64,000 nt of DNA, taken from Octopus vulgaris. Its lineage: Eukaryota. Numbering within the stretch: position 1 is the stretch's first letter; each line of letters opens with the position of its first letter. The notes below the pieces were generated by a model. That model was not told where the DNA came from, searched no databases, and was given only the letters and a program-made list of their open reading frames with translations. The translations under genes were made by a program, and so were the position numbers. The stretch lies in the NCBI GenBank assembly GCA_951406725.2, contig OX597819.1:80228001-80292000 (forward strand), in the 5' to 3' direction. Of the stretch, positions 41,060 to 53,780 are shown piece by piece.

Positions 41060-41480
41060 CCTTATTTAGTTACTAATATTAGATTCCGTAAGCATTAAAA
41101 CGCTTTTCAATCCAAACTAAAATCTGATATGAGAAACTTTAGAAACCCTAAAATTAAATTCGTATTTTCTGATAATACCAACAACCTTTATGAAGTCATG
41201 TGTGATAGCTGTAGTATGATACCATTTCTACTAAATTTAAGAAAGCTAACAAAGATAAATACAATGGTATTAACAATAAGGCTAAATTCCTCTCTAAACG
41301 TAGTAAAATTAATGATAGATTAGAACGCTTAGCAAAAAGAGGGAGCTTTCATTACCCTCAAAGATCACAACCCTAATTTCAGTAATAAGCCTACTTGTAG
41401 ACTGTTAAACCCCGTGAGAAATAAAATAGATTTAGTAACCAAAAACACTAAGGAATGTTAATATCAGAATTAGCGAAACT
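41060..41480 (+). mobile_element. Penelope-like element fragment (N-terminal part of RT region)
   Basis: It reads FVFSDNTNNLYEV followed by [24 protein letters not shown]. This matches my recollection of the ADKTxNLY...[23 protein letters not shown] signature of marine-invertebrate PLE RTs. Confidence 0.72.
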
Positions 41481-42309
41481 ACTGAGTTACAGGCACATGA
41501 ACTCAATCTCGATTCTACCACCGTACAAAATTATTTTCTAGCATATCATCGAGTTCCCAGGACCTTTGGGAATGAAATTTAGTACATAGAAACTGTGCAG
41601 AAGCATTTCAGAGTTATTGAAGTTCTGTTGTGCTAAAATTCATCCATAATACATAATTTTATGCATGATTTGTGAAAGCTTACGGTAAGATTGTGCAAAA
41701 TATTTTTTTGCAAATAAAGCAACTTGGTTTTCGCTTAAATACAAGTCGTCTGTGATCGGGGAGAGAGACTTATGAACCAAAGGATTCCAGCATTCAAGAG
41801 TCCGTATTTATGGTGTAACACCGACTAACTTATTCAATGTGAATCTACCTCCTTTGTAGCTATGTGATAGTGATGTAGTAATATGTGAATTTAGAGCCTT
41901 ATATAGATGTAAACTAAAAATAAACCAAGAAAGGCTGTAGATTAACAATGTTGTTAAAGCGTGGAGCAAACGTCTTGTGTCAATTTTTCAGGCTCTTCAA
42001 TTCTAGTTTTCAATTACACTAAGGTCAAATTTAGGAATATGTGATTAAATGCAAAATCTAGGAAAACATAAAATGTGAACTGGGAATAGCAAAAAGACAA
42101 GACTCCTAACAAAAATTTGTTTAAATACAAGATCAGATCTCTCCAGGAAATGGAAACATATCGAAAAGCAACCTATATGCTACGAAGAAACATCATCTTC
42201 ATCAACCTACGTTCACCTGTGAGTAGACTGATGTGATCTCAGTTTTCTTTTCTCGTTCCTTATCCAAGTTTCGTTCTATCATTCACTTTACTTTATATTT
42301 ACTTTGTGA

Positions 42310-42625
42310 GGGCGCGTAGCTTAGTGGTTAGGGCTTTCGGCTCATGATCGTAAGGTTGTGAGTTCGATTCCCGGCGACGCGTTGTGTCCTTGAGCAAGAC
42401 ACTTTATTTCACGTTGCTCCAGTCCACTCAGCTGGCAAAAATGAGTTGTACTTGTATTTCAAAGGGTCAGCCTTGTCACTCTCTGTGTCACGCTGATTAT
42501 CCCCGAGAACTACGTTAAGGGTACACGTGTCTGTGGAATGCTCAGCCATTTGCACGTTAATTTCACGAGCAAGCTGTTCCGTTGATCGTACCAGCTGGGA
42601 CCCTCGTCGTCGTAACCGGCGGAGT
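42310..42625 (+). mobile_element. tRNA-derived SINE (family B), full length
   Basis: It has the A box tagcttagtgg, the B box gagttcgattccc, gtgtccttgagcaagacac and the tail ccctcgtcgtcgtaaccggcggagt. Confidence 0.92.
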
Positions 42626-43254
42626 CTTTTAATATTTACTTTACCTTACTTCTTATCTTTATGCTTTGTCTTTTTTTTTTTTTTGCCTACCATGCATCTT
42701 CCTACTCTTCCTATTTTCCAACGCACCTTCTTGATTCACAACTATTAAATCTTCTGAAAATTGTCTTATTGCTGTTCATTCAATCAGAAAATCGATCCAC
42801 ATTATTTTAATTTGTTACAATAAATATTCCATTGAACCATATACTGAAACTAGGAGACCACACTCACAAGATGAACCAAAATATATAAAATGCTGGATAG
42901 ACACTGAGGTTTAACAGTCTGATGAAATCAATGAGCGGTAAAATTTCGAAGCTTTTGTCAATATATTCCTTGGAAAGATAAACTTGATACTCGGCTTAAT
43001 TTTTCAAAATTGTTTGACTGTTGTAAAGTATAAGTATGCATAAAAACAAACACTACTATTTATATATGTACAGGGTGCGTCAAAAGTTGTTATATGGTAT
43101 TTATTACATTATAACTATCGAGTAGAATCGTAATAACAACGCTGGTAATACGTATGTTGGTTACGTAAGTTTGTATGTATATATATATATTTATATATGT
43201 ATATATATATATATGGGTGTGTATGGAGGGTGCATGTGTGTGTGTGTGAGCCCA

Positions 43255-43416
43255 GTTCACAACTGGCCATCGAACGGCAACGTGAGACAGAGGAGCAGAT
43301 CACTGATATTTTTGTGATATTTTCGCAGCATAAAATAATAAAGCATATTACTCTACCTCAGGTATTCGAGTGCCAGTTTCTTCTCCACTTGTTTCACATT
43401 TATGTGCATACTCGGG
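43255..43416 (+). mobile_element. Diverged single-arm relative of the 32862-33090 element
   Basis: It shares acggcaacgtga, catattactctacc, ggtatt(t/c)gagt and cttgtttcacatttatgtg...tactc(c/g)gg followed by (TA)n. Confidence 0.8.
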
Positions 43417-43439
43417 TATATATATATATATATAAATAT

Positions 43440-43502
<63 letters not shown>

Positions 43503-43882
43503 CATACATATACATATATATATATATATGTGGGTGTGTGTGTGTATAGCTTATACTCTCATTCCAATAGTATCAACAGAAAACAACGTAGAACCCACAA
43601 GCGTGCGCCCAAATACCACACGCGCGCGCGAACACATACACACACGTACACACTCACACACACACACACATACACATGCACACACACAGATTTTTATGAA
43701 TACAAACGCTTCAATCTGCCAAGACCATTCAGCTATATGCCACGTTAATAGATTTCTAAAAGACCAGTTGATTTCATTTTAAAAGAAGTGCTACTATACA
43801 CGCATATGTTAATATCTGTAGGCATGTAGGTATGTAAGCTTATATATATGTGTGTGTGTGTGTGTGTATATATTTATATATG

Positions 43883-43928
<46 letters not shown>

Positions 43929-44099
43929 CATATGTTTGTATGTATATATATATATGTAAATATATATATATGTATATATGCATATGTATGTATGTATATA
44001 TATATATTTATATATTTATATTGATATATATATATATATATATCTTCCTGCATATATAAAAATATACGATTATGTATAAGTATATACATACATACACAC

Positions 44100-44163
<64 letters not shown>

Positions 44164-44196
44164 ACATTATGTGTATTCGTATATGTGTTCATGTAA

Positions 44197-44231
<35 letters not shown>

Positions 44232-44988
44232 TATAGCAAGTATGTCTTCACACACTAAACGCATACATATCGTAATGGTCTGCTGGTTGTTACATTATCA
44301 TCTACCAGAGCATTGTTCACTGCCAGACCGAATGGAGCCCTAAACCTATACGCTGGCAGTTTCTTGATATGAATGGATAATGTGGTCAAAGGTCAGAGAT
44401 TCGTGTAAGTCTGCACATGGCTAAAAGATTTACGAGTATTTTCGTCCGAACACTGCCAAAGAGGTCGTCAAATTTTTCACACACTAACATAAGATGCGAG
44501 ATATAGTTGTGTGGCCTATAACAGTTTGTGATTGTGTGCATTTGTCGTGTGTGCAATTATTTGTCTACGTTTGCCTGTGTAAATTTTGTAGTAAGCATAC
44601 GTATATACATACATGGAAATATATACATACGAACATATATATATATATATATAATATATATAAATATATAGATAGATAGATGTATATACGTTTGTGTTTG
44701 TGTGTGTGTACCTATGTATGTGAGTCTGTCTGTACTAGTTTGTATGTGTATAATTGAATCGCTTTTTTTGTGAGTACATATTAAAATACAGTTGTGTGTT
44801 GTGTAGCATTTGGTAATGTGTATAAATTGTCTTTGTGTATATATGTCGAAAGAGAAAGAATTGTTAGTCCTCGGGAGAATTTTCCACTGTATCAGTTTAT
44901 ACATACATACATACATACTAACACACACACACACACATATGTATCTGTGTGTATGTGTGTATGTATATATATATACATACACACATAC

Positions 44989-45052
<64 letters not shown>

Positions 45053-45295
45053 TATGTATATATATTTATATATATATACATATATATATGTATATATATA
45101 TATAAATATAAGTGTGTGAGCGCGCGTGTGTGTGAGTAGGAATGTAAGTATATGTTATGCATCTCTGTTGTGGATATTTCTATGAACTTTCTATGAATAA
45201 TTGAGTGTATATTTGGTTATATTTGTAAACAAAGATAGAGATGTGTGTTCCGTTGTGTTTAGTAATTTGTGTAATTATATGTATCTCTGTCCATA

Positions 45296-45815
45296 GACGC
45301 AGCGTGGCTCAGTGGTTAAGAAATTCCTAGTTCAATCACACGAGCTTGTGTTCGATCCCACTACATGGTTTCTTGAGCAGGTGATTTTTCTTTGTTTTTG
45401 TTTTTTTTTGGTCATAGAATCAGTTCGAACCTGTCGTGTACGTAGAAATTTTCTAGATGGAACTTGTGTTGAAGCCCATCAGATACTTTCAAAAGTAATC
45501 CTTGTTTCATGCCGATTCAGTGGTTCAGTTGATCAAACATTTGAATGCTCATCGTCGAAACAGACAGAGAACCATTGTACTCTATGTCTGCATATGAAAT
45601 ACGACAATGTATTCAATATCAGTTCATGGACTGTGTGTTTACTTATTTATATACGAATGGCTGAGTGCGTAAGAAGCTCACATTGTAGCCAGGTAGGTGT
45701 AGTTTCGGGTTCGGTACCACTATACGACACATTGAGCATGTGTCTTCTAATACAGACACAGCCGAACAGTACCTGTCAGTGAATTTGTTTGACGGAGACT
45801 GTAAGAAAACCCGCC
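45296..45815 (+). mobile_element. Two diverged SINE family A heads
   Basis: One is gcgtggctcagtggttaagaa...gttcgatccc (45296-45480). The other is tggctgagtgcgtaagaagctc...gggttcggtacc...gtgaatttgtttgacggagactgtaagaaaacccg (45655-45815). Confidence 0.65.
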
Positions 45816-45969
45816 ATATATATTGACACATACATATAAATGCATATTTGCTTTTAATTCTTTCAGTCATAAGACATCATCCATGCTGGAGCACAGCTTG
45901 TAGGAAACTATAGCCAGTATGATATATATATATATATGTAGATATACATTCAAATATATACATATATAT

Positions 45970-46037
<68 letters not shown>

Positions 46038-46041
46038 ACAT

Positions 46042-46082
<41 letters not shown>

Positions 46083-46116
46083 CATAAGAAGGTTTGGAGA
46101 TGATGTACAGGTATTA

Positions 46117-46324
46117 TATATTAGAAGAAATAAGGTACTCAGAAATTTTGATGGTTTTATATTTACAGATATTTATTAATATGCCACATGTTTTTTATAA
46201 GTGTCCAATCTAGTGGAGTCTTCAGTCTCCAGATATATGATTTATAAAAACATGTTACATGTTAATGAATACCTGTAAATATAAAACCATCCAGATTTCT
46301 GAGTACCTTAATTATTCTAATATA
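46117..46324. repeat. Imperfect long inverted repeat embedded in (TA)n
   Basis: tatattagaagaaataaggtactcagaaattttgatggttttatatttacag... pairs with ...ctgtaaatataaaaccatccagatttctgagtaccttaattattctaatata, with a short central spacer. Confidence 0.88.
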
Positions 46325-46326
46325 CA

Positions 46327-46390
<64 letters not shown>

Positions 46391-46393
<3 letters not shown>

Positions 46394-47541
46394 GTTGCGA
46401 AGGGTATTTGAGGATAGTTTTGGTACACAATAAAGCAACTTATATTTCAGCATAAATATGTATTTGAATAAACATTTGTGCAATTAGTCTTGATAATTAT
46501 TTTTAAGCAAATTATTCTATGAAACCACCTTAGGTTTCAATGAGTGTTGGTGGCCTTCAGTGAAGCTATGGTATTATGAGGATGATGATCATCCTCCCTT
46601 TCAACAGCGCTCCAAGCATAGTAGTCCATGGGCTTCTAATCTGGCGAGCTTGGAATCTACATATTGGGTGTTACATAATCGTAAAGATTATCTCACAACC
46701 ATTCTTAGGTGATTGGAGCTTTGTGAGAAGATACTGATTCTTGTTGAAACACGAATAGCCTTCCATTGCACACTTCATCAATCTAGGTCTTAACAATTTC
46801 CAGCATCTCAAAGTATCCAGCATCATTAATTCTAAGACCCTGTGGAAAAAAGTGGGGAGGCATCATACGACCTTGGTTATTCAGCACTCCTTAAACTATC
46901 ACAGTTGCTGCAAATTCCGTGTGCATCACGGTGAGTACTTCATAATCACCTGTCATTTCTTCTATTGGACTTTTCATTCTGGCCAAAGTTTTTTCGTCAG
47001 AGAAAAATCAAAGAAAGCCTTGTTGATGAGGGGTTTTCACGTTGTTAATTATCCATTTTGAACGGATAAGACTATTTTCCTGTGTCTTTGCATACACGAA
47101 TTGGCCTTTCCTCATTACATACGACTTCAATCGAATGTAACGATGTACCACATTCTAACACCCAAAGTTCTTTAGCAATGGACCTCATTGTTCTTCTGGG
47201 GTTTTCATCGATAATATTTTGAACATGTATAAATTCCGATATTCTTTTAGTGTCTGAGCGTTGTAGATGATTTTTCACTTTGTTACAAGTGAAATAGTAT
47301 CATCACAAGCCTCCAATTCAAACCGAACTTTGTGTACAAATGATCTTGCAACATTTAAAAAGTTGCTCAGATCTAAATCACAGTATTTTGCATGTATGGC
47401 AACTATGACTGCATGTCTTTTCATTTCTTGAGTTAGCATGATGTCTTGAAAGTATTAACTGAAAAAAAAATTGATACATTAAATAATATGAAAGTGCAAT
47501 GAACTAAAAACGAAATGTCCTCAAATACCCTTCACACCCGG
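46391..47541 (-). mobile_element. TIR-bounded maT (DD37D) Tc1-mariner transposon with a pseudogenised transposase
   Basis: The TIRs are TA|caggttgcgaagggtatttgagga and tcctcaaatacccttcacacccgg|TA. The minus-strand start is MLTQEMKRHAVIVAIHAK (ATG at 47439). The catalytic segment FQQ(E)SVSSH...SSPD*KPMDYYAW has 37 residues between the second and third acidic positions. Confidence 0.9.
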
Positions 47542-47547
47542 TATATA

Positions 47548-47616
47548 TCTCTCTATATATATAAAACTGAGAAATATGCCATTTTAATCGCGAGCAACGC
47601 CGGGTATCTCTGCTAA
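47548..47616 (+). mobile_element. Minimal 69-bp Helitron consisting of ends only
   Basis: A|TCTCTCTATATATATAAAACTGA...CGCGAGCAACGCCGGGTATCTCTGCTAA|T has both termini matching the 9703 and 11732 elements. Confidence 0.75.
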
Positions 47617-47725
47617 TATAAATATAAATATATACAATTAACGGAAAAAACTCTGAAAATTAATAAATTTTATCAGTGGCTAGTATTTAGAAAACATTTT
47701 ACGTAAAATTCATATATAAAGATAT

Positions 47726-47863
47726 ATTATATAGAATACAATTATAACTAAGGGCACAGAAACCGCTATGCCTATATGGTAGAAAGAGACTTGTTCGACG
47801 TCTCTTTCTTGATATAGGCACAGCAGCTTATGTGCCCTTAATCATAATTGTATTCTGTATAAT
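47726..47863. repeat. Imperfect inverted repeat with ~64-bp arms and a ~9-bp loop
   Basis: attatatagaatacaattataactaagggcaca...tgcctatat...agaaagagac pairs with gtctctttct...atataggca...tgtgcccttaatcataattgtattctgtataat. Confidence 0.85.
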
Positions 47864-47893
47864 TCTTTCTCCCTCTCTTTCTCCATATACATA

Positions 47894-47957
<64 letters not shown>

Positions 47958-48042
47958 TCATTGGCGATTTCTTCCTCCGTGTTCCTTTCTATTGTTTGTT
48001 CCTCTTTTTTGGGGAGATTTACTATATATATATATATATATA

Positions 48043-48290
48043 TGAGGAAAAGGATCCCATCAACTTTAAACGGAGTCTGGATAGATTTCTTCAAGGAATA
48101 CCAGATAAGCCACCCATAATTGGATACAACTCACCCAACAAAAACTTACTACTTAAATGGACCATGAACAAAACTTGACTTAAACATTATTTAGATAATC
48201 CTATCAGGTGGTGCTATTAAGTTAGACATGGCCTGGACCAATCTTTAGTTGAAACATATGTAAATTATATTATATTATATTATATATAAT
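48043..48290 (+). mobile_element. 3' end of a CR1/L2-group LINE
   Basis: The C-terminal motif EEKDPINFKRSLDRFLQGIPDKP...* fits FKxxLDxFLxxIPDxP. A short UTR and a (ttata)n tail follow. Confidence 0.75.
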
Positions 48291-49013
48291 TACTTATTCT
48301 ATTGATCTTGTATTCTATCGGCGTTGGTTTGTCTGGATATATTGTGGAAGATACTTGCCAAAATCGCCGTCCACTGGGACTGAACCCAAAATTATTTGGT
48401 TGCAAACTTCTTTACCTCGCAATTATCTTATCTCTTTAAACATTTAACACACTGAGCACTATTGGTCGCAAATATATGATGCACAGTCTGCGATAGGTTA
48501 AAAAAACACACCAAAAAAGAGTGCGTTAAAGATAGTGGTAATGGAGAGAGTAAAACGCCATTCCATGAAAAGAGTCTCTAAGTTCAGCATTTGTCTGTCG
48601 AATTCTGAACATATACTGTAATCCAGGAAATATGAAGTTCAGATAATCGAACATTATTAATTCTCATCATTACAACCGAGGGTGATCCATGGGTTGACTA
48701 TGGTTATACATTCACAAAAGGAGTATAGGCTTGTTGAGATAGATTACGATATTCGCTCTTCCCTCGTCATGTGATTCCATGTTCGGTCTTACCATACAAC
48801 ACTTAGGGACAAACTTTTTCTCCCATAACGTTCCCTCCAGTGAAACTGAGTAAATGGAAACTGTGTTTATCAGTGATTTAAGGGGACAGCTATTTTTTCG
48901 TACATAATGTCTCACTGATACAAGTAGAAGATTACATGAAGTGTACATTTAACTGTGGAATATTCAACCACTTAGGAAATTTATGAAGTGTTATTGTTCT
49001 AACACATGACAAT

Positions 49014-49265
49014 GGAGGTGCATGGTTTTGTGATTAGGGCGTCGGAGTCATGATTATAAGATTGTGGTGCCGACCCCCGGTCCGGGTGACGCGTTGTGTT
49101 CTTGTGCAAAACATTTCATTTCACGTTGTCCATTTCACTCAGTTGCTAAAAATGAGTAATCCTACGACAGATCGGCGTCCTCTCCTGGGCGAATATTTAC
49201 GACTCAAAAACCGGGAAACCGGCCTCATGCATCTATGTGGTGCCGGAAGGATCATTATCCTTTAT
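49014..49265 (+). mobile_element. Diverged SINE with a family B head and a different 3' part
   Basis: The sequence gacgcgttgtgttcttgtgcaaaacatttcatttcacgttg...cactcagttgctaaaaatgagta matches family B and then diverges. Confidence 0.65.
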
Positions 49266-49349
49266 CCTTTAAAAAAATGAAAACTCTTATTGGAACTGGA
49301 AATTAAACCGCAATTACGAAAGACTTAGAATGATGAATTACAAAATGAT

Positions 49350-49575
49350 TTGAGAGAATCGTTAGTTATTCGTACAAAATACCTTGTGGTATTTAATTAG
49401 TTACGACTTTTTTTTTTACGTTGTGAACTGAAATCCCACCGAGGTCAATACTTTGACATTTATCCTGCAATAAGGTCGATGAAAATAAAATACCAGTCAA
49501 GTACTAGGGTCAATTTAATCGGCTTTACCATCAACCAGGATATGTGGCATTGTGCCAATATTAGAAATCAATAAT
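49350..49575 (+). mobile_element. Diverged SINE family M copy
   Basis: The sequence ttacgttgtgaactgaaatcccaccgaggtcaa...ggtcgatgaaaataaaataccagtc matches family M. Similar decayed copies lie at about 39510-39610 and 50545-50650. Confidence 0.65.
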
Positions 49576-49838
49576 TAGATGAAAGAATGAGTTTGGAAGA
49601 CAGTCTAAATGAATATTGTAAACAACGAATCAACAAATTTGTTTAAGAGGAAATGCAAAGGAACGACAAAATGAATGTTTGTGTTGCTAAAGATAGAGAT
49701 GGACGGAATTGTTTGAGATATGCTAAAAATTCAAACCAATTTTAATCTGAGAGCTGTAAAGATAGACTATGACAGTGATGGATACTTCTGATCAAGAAAG
49801 GTCAAACAATTGACTCTTCATCACGTTGAATGTACGCA

Positions 49839-49912
<74 letters not shown>

Positions 49913-51695
49913 TACATACATATATATGTATATATGGTTGTTCACAAGATTTTTAAATTTTTTGAAATTCATCTCTTAGACAAGAGGCTAGTTAAACGAA
50001 ACAAAACCAGCCCCATTATTAGAATTTTAAAATTCGATAATAGCAATCTATTATATGCTAAACTTTTATAAAGTCTTGCATATTTGTACTGTTCTGCTTT
50101 CTCATTGGATTTCCAGAGTGCAGGGCATCTCAGCTGTTTATATCTTTCTGTTGCACGACTGTCCACATGTTTTGTTAAAGACTATCAATTATATATTCTT
50201 TAACGTACTATTCCAGTATTTACAAGTATAAACAAAAATGCATAATAATATTTACGTAGAATTTGACATAATTTGGTCCAGAATGTCCTGTATACCTTTC
50301 ATAACACTGCGCACGTATTCATTTCTGCAACAACATATCAATTCCGTTTTCTACCATTAAAAGTAATGTAAATACTATTGTGAAATTTTGTGTAATACAA
50401 TATATTTGTGTACTTATCTTTGTAAGTATATATGTTAATACTTACGTTTGTAGGTGTGTATCTATGTATGTATACAGGAATGTATGCATATATGTAAGCA
50501 GACGGTTGAATGGCAGTCGCTTCATTTCAACGGCATATATAATGCATCGTGGTATTTGTTCCAACACTATAGACTCAAAGTTCATATCTCACTGAGGTCA
50601 ACTTTACTTATCTTCCTTTCAAGGTCTATCAGTAAGGCACCAGTCCATAGCTGGTTCTGAACTCTCTCCTTTCTCTGCACCTAACCTGGATATTCCTTTA
50701 CGTAAAAATTGGGAGGGTCGAGAACGTATCTGTGTTTGCTCGTGACTATATAGTATCCTTAAACAATATGCTAAATCATAGTACATGCTGTTAAGTCATT
50801 CAAGATTATAAGTGATTTCCTTAGTTTTGAGGCGGAATTCTGGTTTAAGCACTCAACATAACCCCTCGTTACTTTTTTCATTGTTTGGAATTTTCAGAAG
50901 ATTTTTGCGCATTTGTGTTCTACACACGAGAATACATACGGTTATGCGAGAAAATTGTTTTTTTTTTGTTTGTGAGTTAAGGATGATTTAGGCGCTATCT
51001 TTAGCACATCTCATGACCACCTGATACCTTCCTCGTTTCTTTCTCACTCTGATATATATAGATGTTTTTCTATATTTTCCTCCCTACAAACATATTTAAT
51101 GATGATGTACCTAAGGGTGGTCCGTTGCTACGATTTAAGCAAAAAATTCGGACTGTTCATATTTTAAGCTGATTTTTAAAAAAAACATTCGAAAAAGAGC
51201 AGAGATTTTAGGATTATGAGACAGTGGGGTGCTTAAAAGATTTTAAAAGTATTTAAAATCGTATGAATTCTTCTGCATGGAACACATATTCGCAAAACGT
51301 TTCTGAAAATTTCAAAAGTTATGAATGGTTATATGGGGTGCTTAAACTAGAATTCCGCCAGCTTTTGTTTGTGTGAGTACGTTCATAGTTTTAAAGGACG
51401 ATTAAAGAGTCCTTTAAAATTGAAAAATATTTCCTCTGAGACGAATTGTATTATTTCAAATTGTGGATAGTTATATCCTCCACCACACTGCAGTTCTTAT
51501 ATTTGTCTCTTCAGGTCTATTCTTTCTACGGATTGAATTGCATAATGTTCCCGCCACAGCATCACGAATTACAGGTAGATAAAATCTGCGCGATTTGAAC
51601 TCCGAAAGAATATTTCATTGATTATTGTTTATATTATTTTTATTTACAGTTGCAATATTTAAATAAGAAGCACAAAAGAACAGACTGCTGAAGAG

Positions 51696-51773
<78 letters not shown>

Positions 51774-52758
51774 TGTGTGTGTGTATGTATGTATGTATAT
51801 ATATATAGGAAGAGCGAGAGAGAGAGAGAAAGAGAGAGATAAAGCTAGAAAAAGGGAGCAAAGATAAAGAAAGGTATACTAAATATCATAGAAGATAAAT
51901 TCTTTTTTTATTGAAATTATATTCTCTACGAGAAAAATGTAAACAAATGCCTGGTGGCAGTTTACGGGCAAATCCAAATCCTTCGGGATTGACATATTAT
52001 AAAGAAAAGACAAGACACCGCTGTGGACACGTATTTCTGCTTTAATCAGCGTTATCAACGCATAATTATCCTACCTTGATTCTAGCGGACTTGAGGGTTA
52101 CACATACACATAAAGTGTAGAAAATATTTATAGCGTGGGGAAATTCGCATAAAGAGAGAAAGGTCTCGGCTGGAAGCCTGACATCGCAGATCTATTTTAG
52201 CAAAGTTGACCATGAACTAAACACCAACAAGAACAACTTCATTTTGTCCTGTTTTTTTTTTACGTATTTAAATGATTCAGAAACAATAAATATAACAATT
52301 GCCATATATTGGTGCCTGAAAAGAAAGATATCTGACAGGAGTAGAAAGTAAATGAAAACATTTCGTCCATATTGTTTATGGATATATTTTTTCGTACGTA
52401 GCATATTGTTAGACAGCTTTTAATATCCTTTTAATAATGGTGCTGGCTGTTTCCTTACAAACCAATAACAACGAAATCTGTCAACGTCTGATGAACAGGG
52501 AAAGCTTTAAAAAGTGACACGCTTCAAGATTTTTAACAAATTTAGGTGAAATGTGCTGGGTTTTTTTTCTTTTTGGTTTTGCTGCTGTTGCTGCTTGCTG
52601 CTGTTGTTGATGTTACTGTTGTTGCTCATGTCATTGTTTAGCTTCAACTAACCTCAACAGATATATGATTGAAAGAATTCCGGTTGTGACCATTCTGAAT
52701 TTTTGTGACCACATCTTCCAATGTGCTTATTGTTGTTGTTGAAGCCTAGGTCGATATT

Positions 52759-52959
52759 CTTTTCTACTCTAGGCACAAAGTCAGAGGGGAACAGTCGATT
52801 AGATCGACCCCAATACGCAACTGGTACTTAATTTATCGATCCCAAAAGGATGAAATGCAAAGTCGACCTCGGCGGAATTTGAACTCAGAACGTAAAGACA
52901 GACGAAATACGCTAAGCATTTCGCCCGGCGTGCTAACGATTCTCTCAGCTTGCTGCCTT
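52759..52959 (-). mobile_element. SINE family M with a 17-bp target-site duplication
   Basis: The body matches 9012-9243. It is flanked by aagcctaggtc(g/a)atatt at 52742-52758 and 52960-52976. Confidence 0.9.
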
Positions 52960-53426
52960 AAGCCTAGGTCAATATTGATCTACTACACCTATGATCAACA
53001 GATCCACGACTCTCCAGCCATGAGCATCCCGTTTTTTTCCACATTTGGAACCACCTTTCTCAGTATGGTTCTTGTTCTTTAAGTCCATATCAACACTGAT
53101 TCAGTACTCTTATGCTCCAGCCATGGCCATCACGGCTTTTCCATATGGAAGACCATATTTTCCACGGTATAATCCCATCTACTTCTTGTTGTTGTATTGA
53201 TAGTAGTTGTTGTGCTGGTTGCTGAATCTCATGCCAACTCAACCAGATGACATTGATGAAAAACGTTCCAACTATGACAATGCTCTTTTTTATTCAGACA
53301 TATAACCTCAGCTCAGGCCTTCATTGTTTATCCCCCAGGTCAACTAGGATCAAGGAAACCCTCATTATTACAGCCTTGACCCTTATCTATTTTTCAGTCA
53401 TACGTTTCTTGTAAATTTATTCATGT

Positions 53427-53486
<60 letters not shown>

Positions 53487-53493
53487 TTATAGT

Positions 53494-53780
53494 GGGGCCG
53501 CATTGCCTAGTGGTTCCGGTGTTGTGCGATCGTAATTTCAATTCCTAGACCGGGTGGTGCGTTGTATTCTTAGGCAAAAACACTTCAGTTCGCGTTGCTC
53601 TGTGCTGACTTCTATACCTGACGCATGGCACACCATGCACCTGTTCAGCAACGTCGATTTAAAAGAGGGAATGAGCTAATGTGCGGTGCGAACACTTGAG
53701 CACTATAGACAAATCATTTGTTGTGCAGGCCGTTCGACTAAAGCTAAACACTCATACATTATCATCGACGGGGAAGTCCG
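53494..53780 (+). mobile_element. Diverged tRNA-derived SINE
   Basis: It reads tgcctagtggtt...tttcaattcctagaccgg...gcgttgtattcttaggcaaaaacactt, and its tail ending catcgacggggaagtcc resembles family B. Confidence 0.65.

Noticed and set aside
42310-42385. tRNA-like sequences with A and B boxes (also 25552, 28800-28874, 57708)
   Set aside because: They continue into shared SINE bodies and lack a complete acceptor stem, so they are SINE heads rather than tRNA genes.
44280-44370. miR-34-like words (tggcagt, gctggttgt) near a small stem
   Set aside because: The words are in the wrong order and not in a pre-miRNA-like hairpin. I recognised no conserved miRNA anywhere in the window by eye.
45312-45782. 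156-aa ORF without microsatellite content
   Set aside because: It runs through two decayed SINE heads and has no protein motifs.
51110-51420. Possible MITE starting taagggtggtccg with a repeated ggggtgcttaaa
   Set aside because: I could not find a matching second TIR or a TSD.
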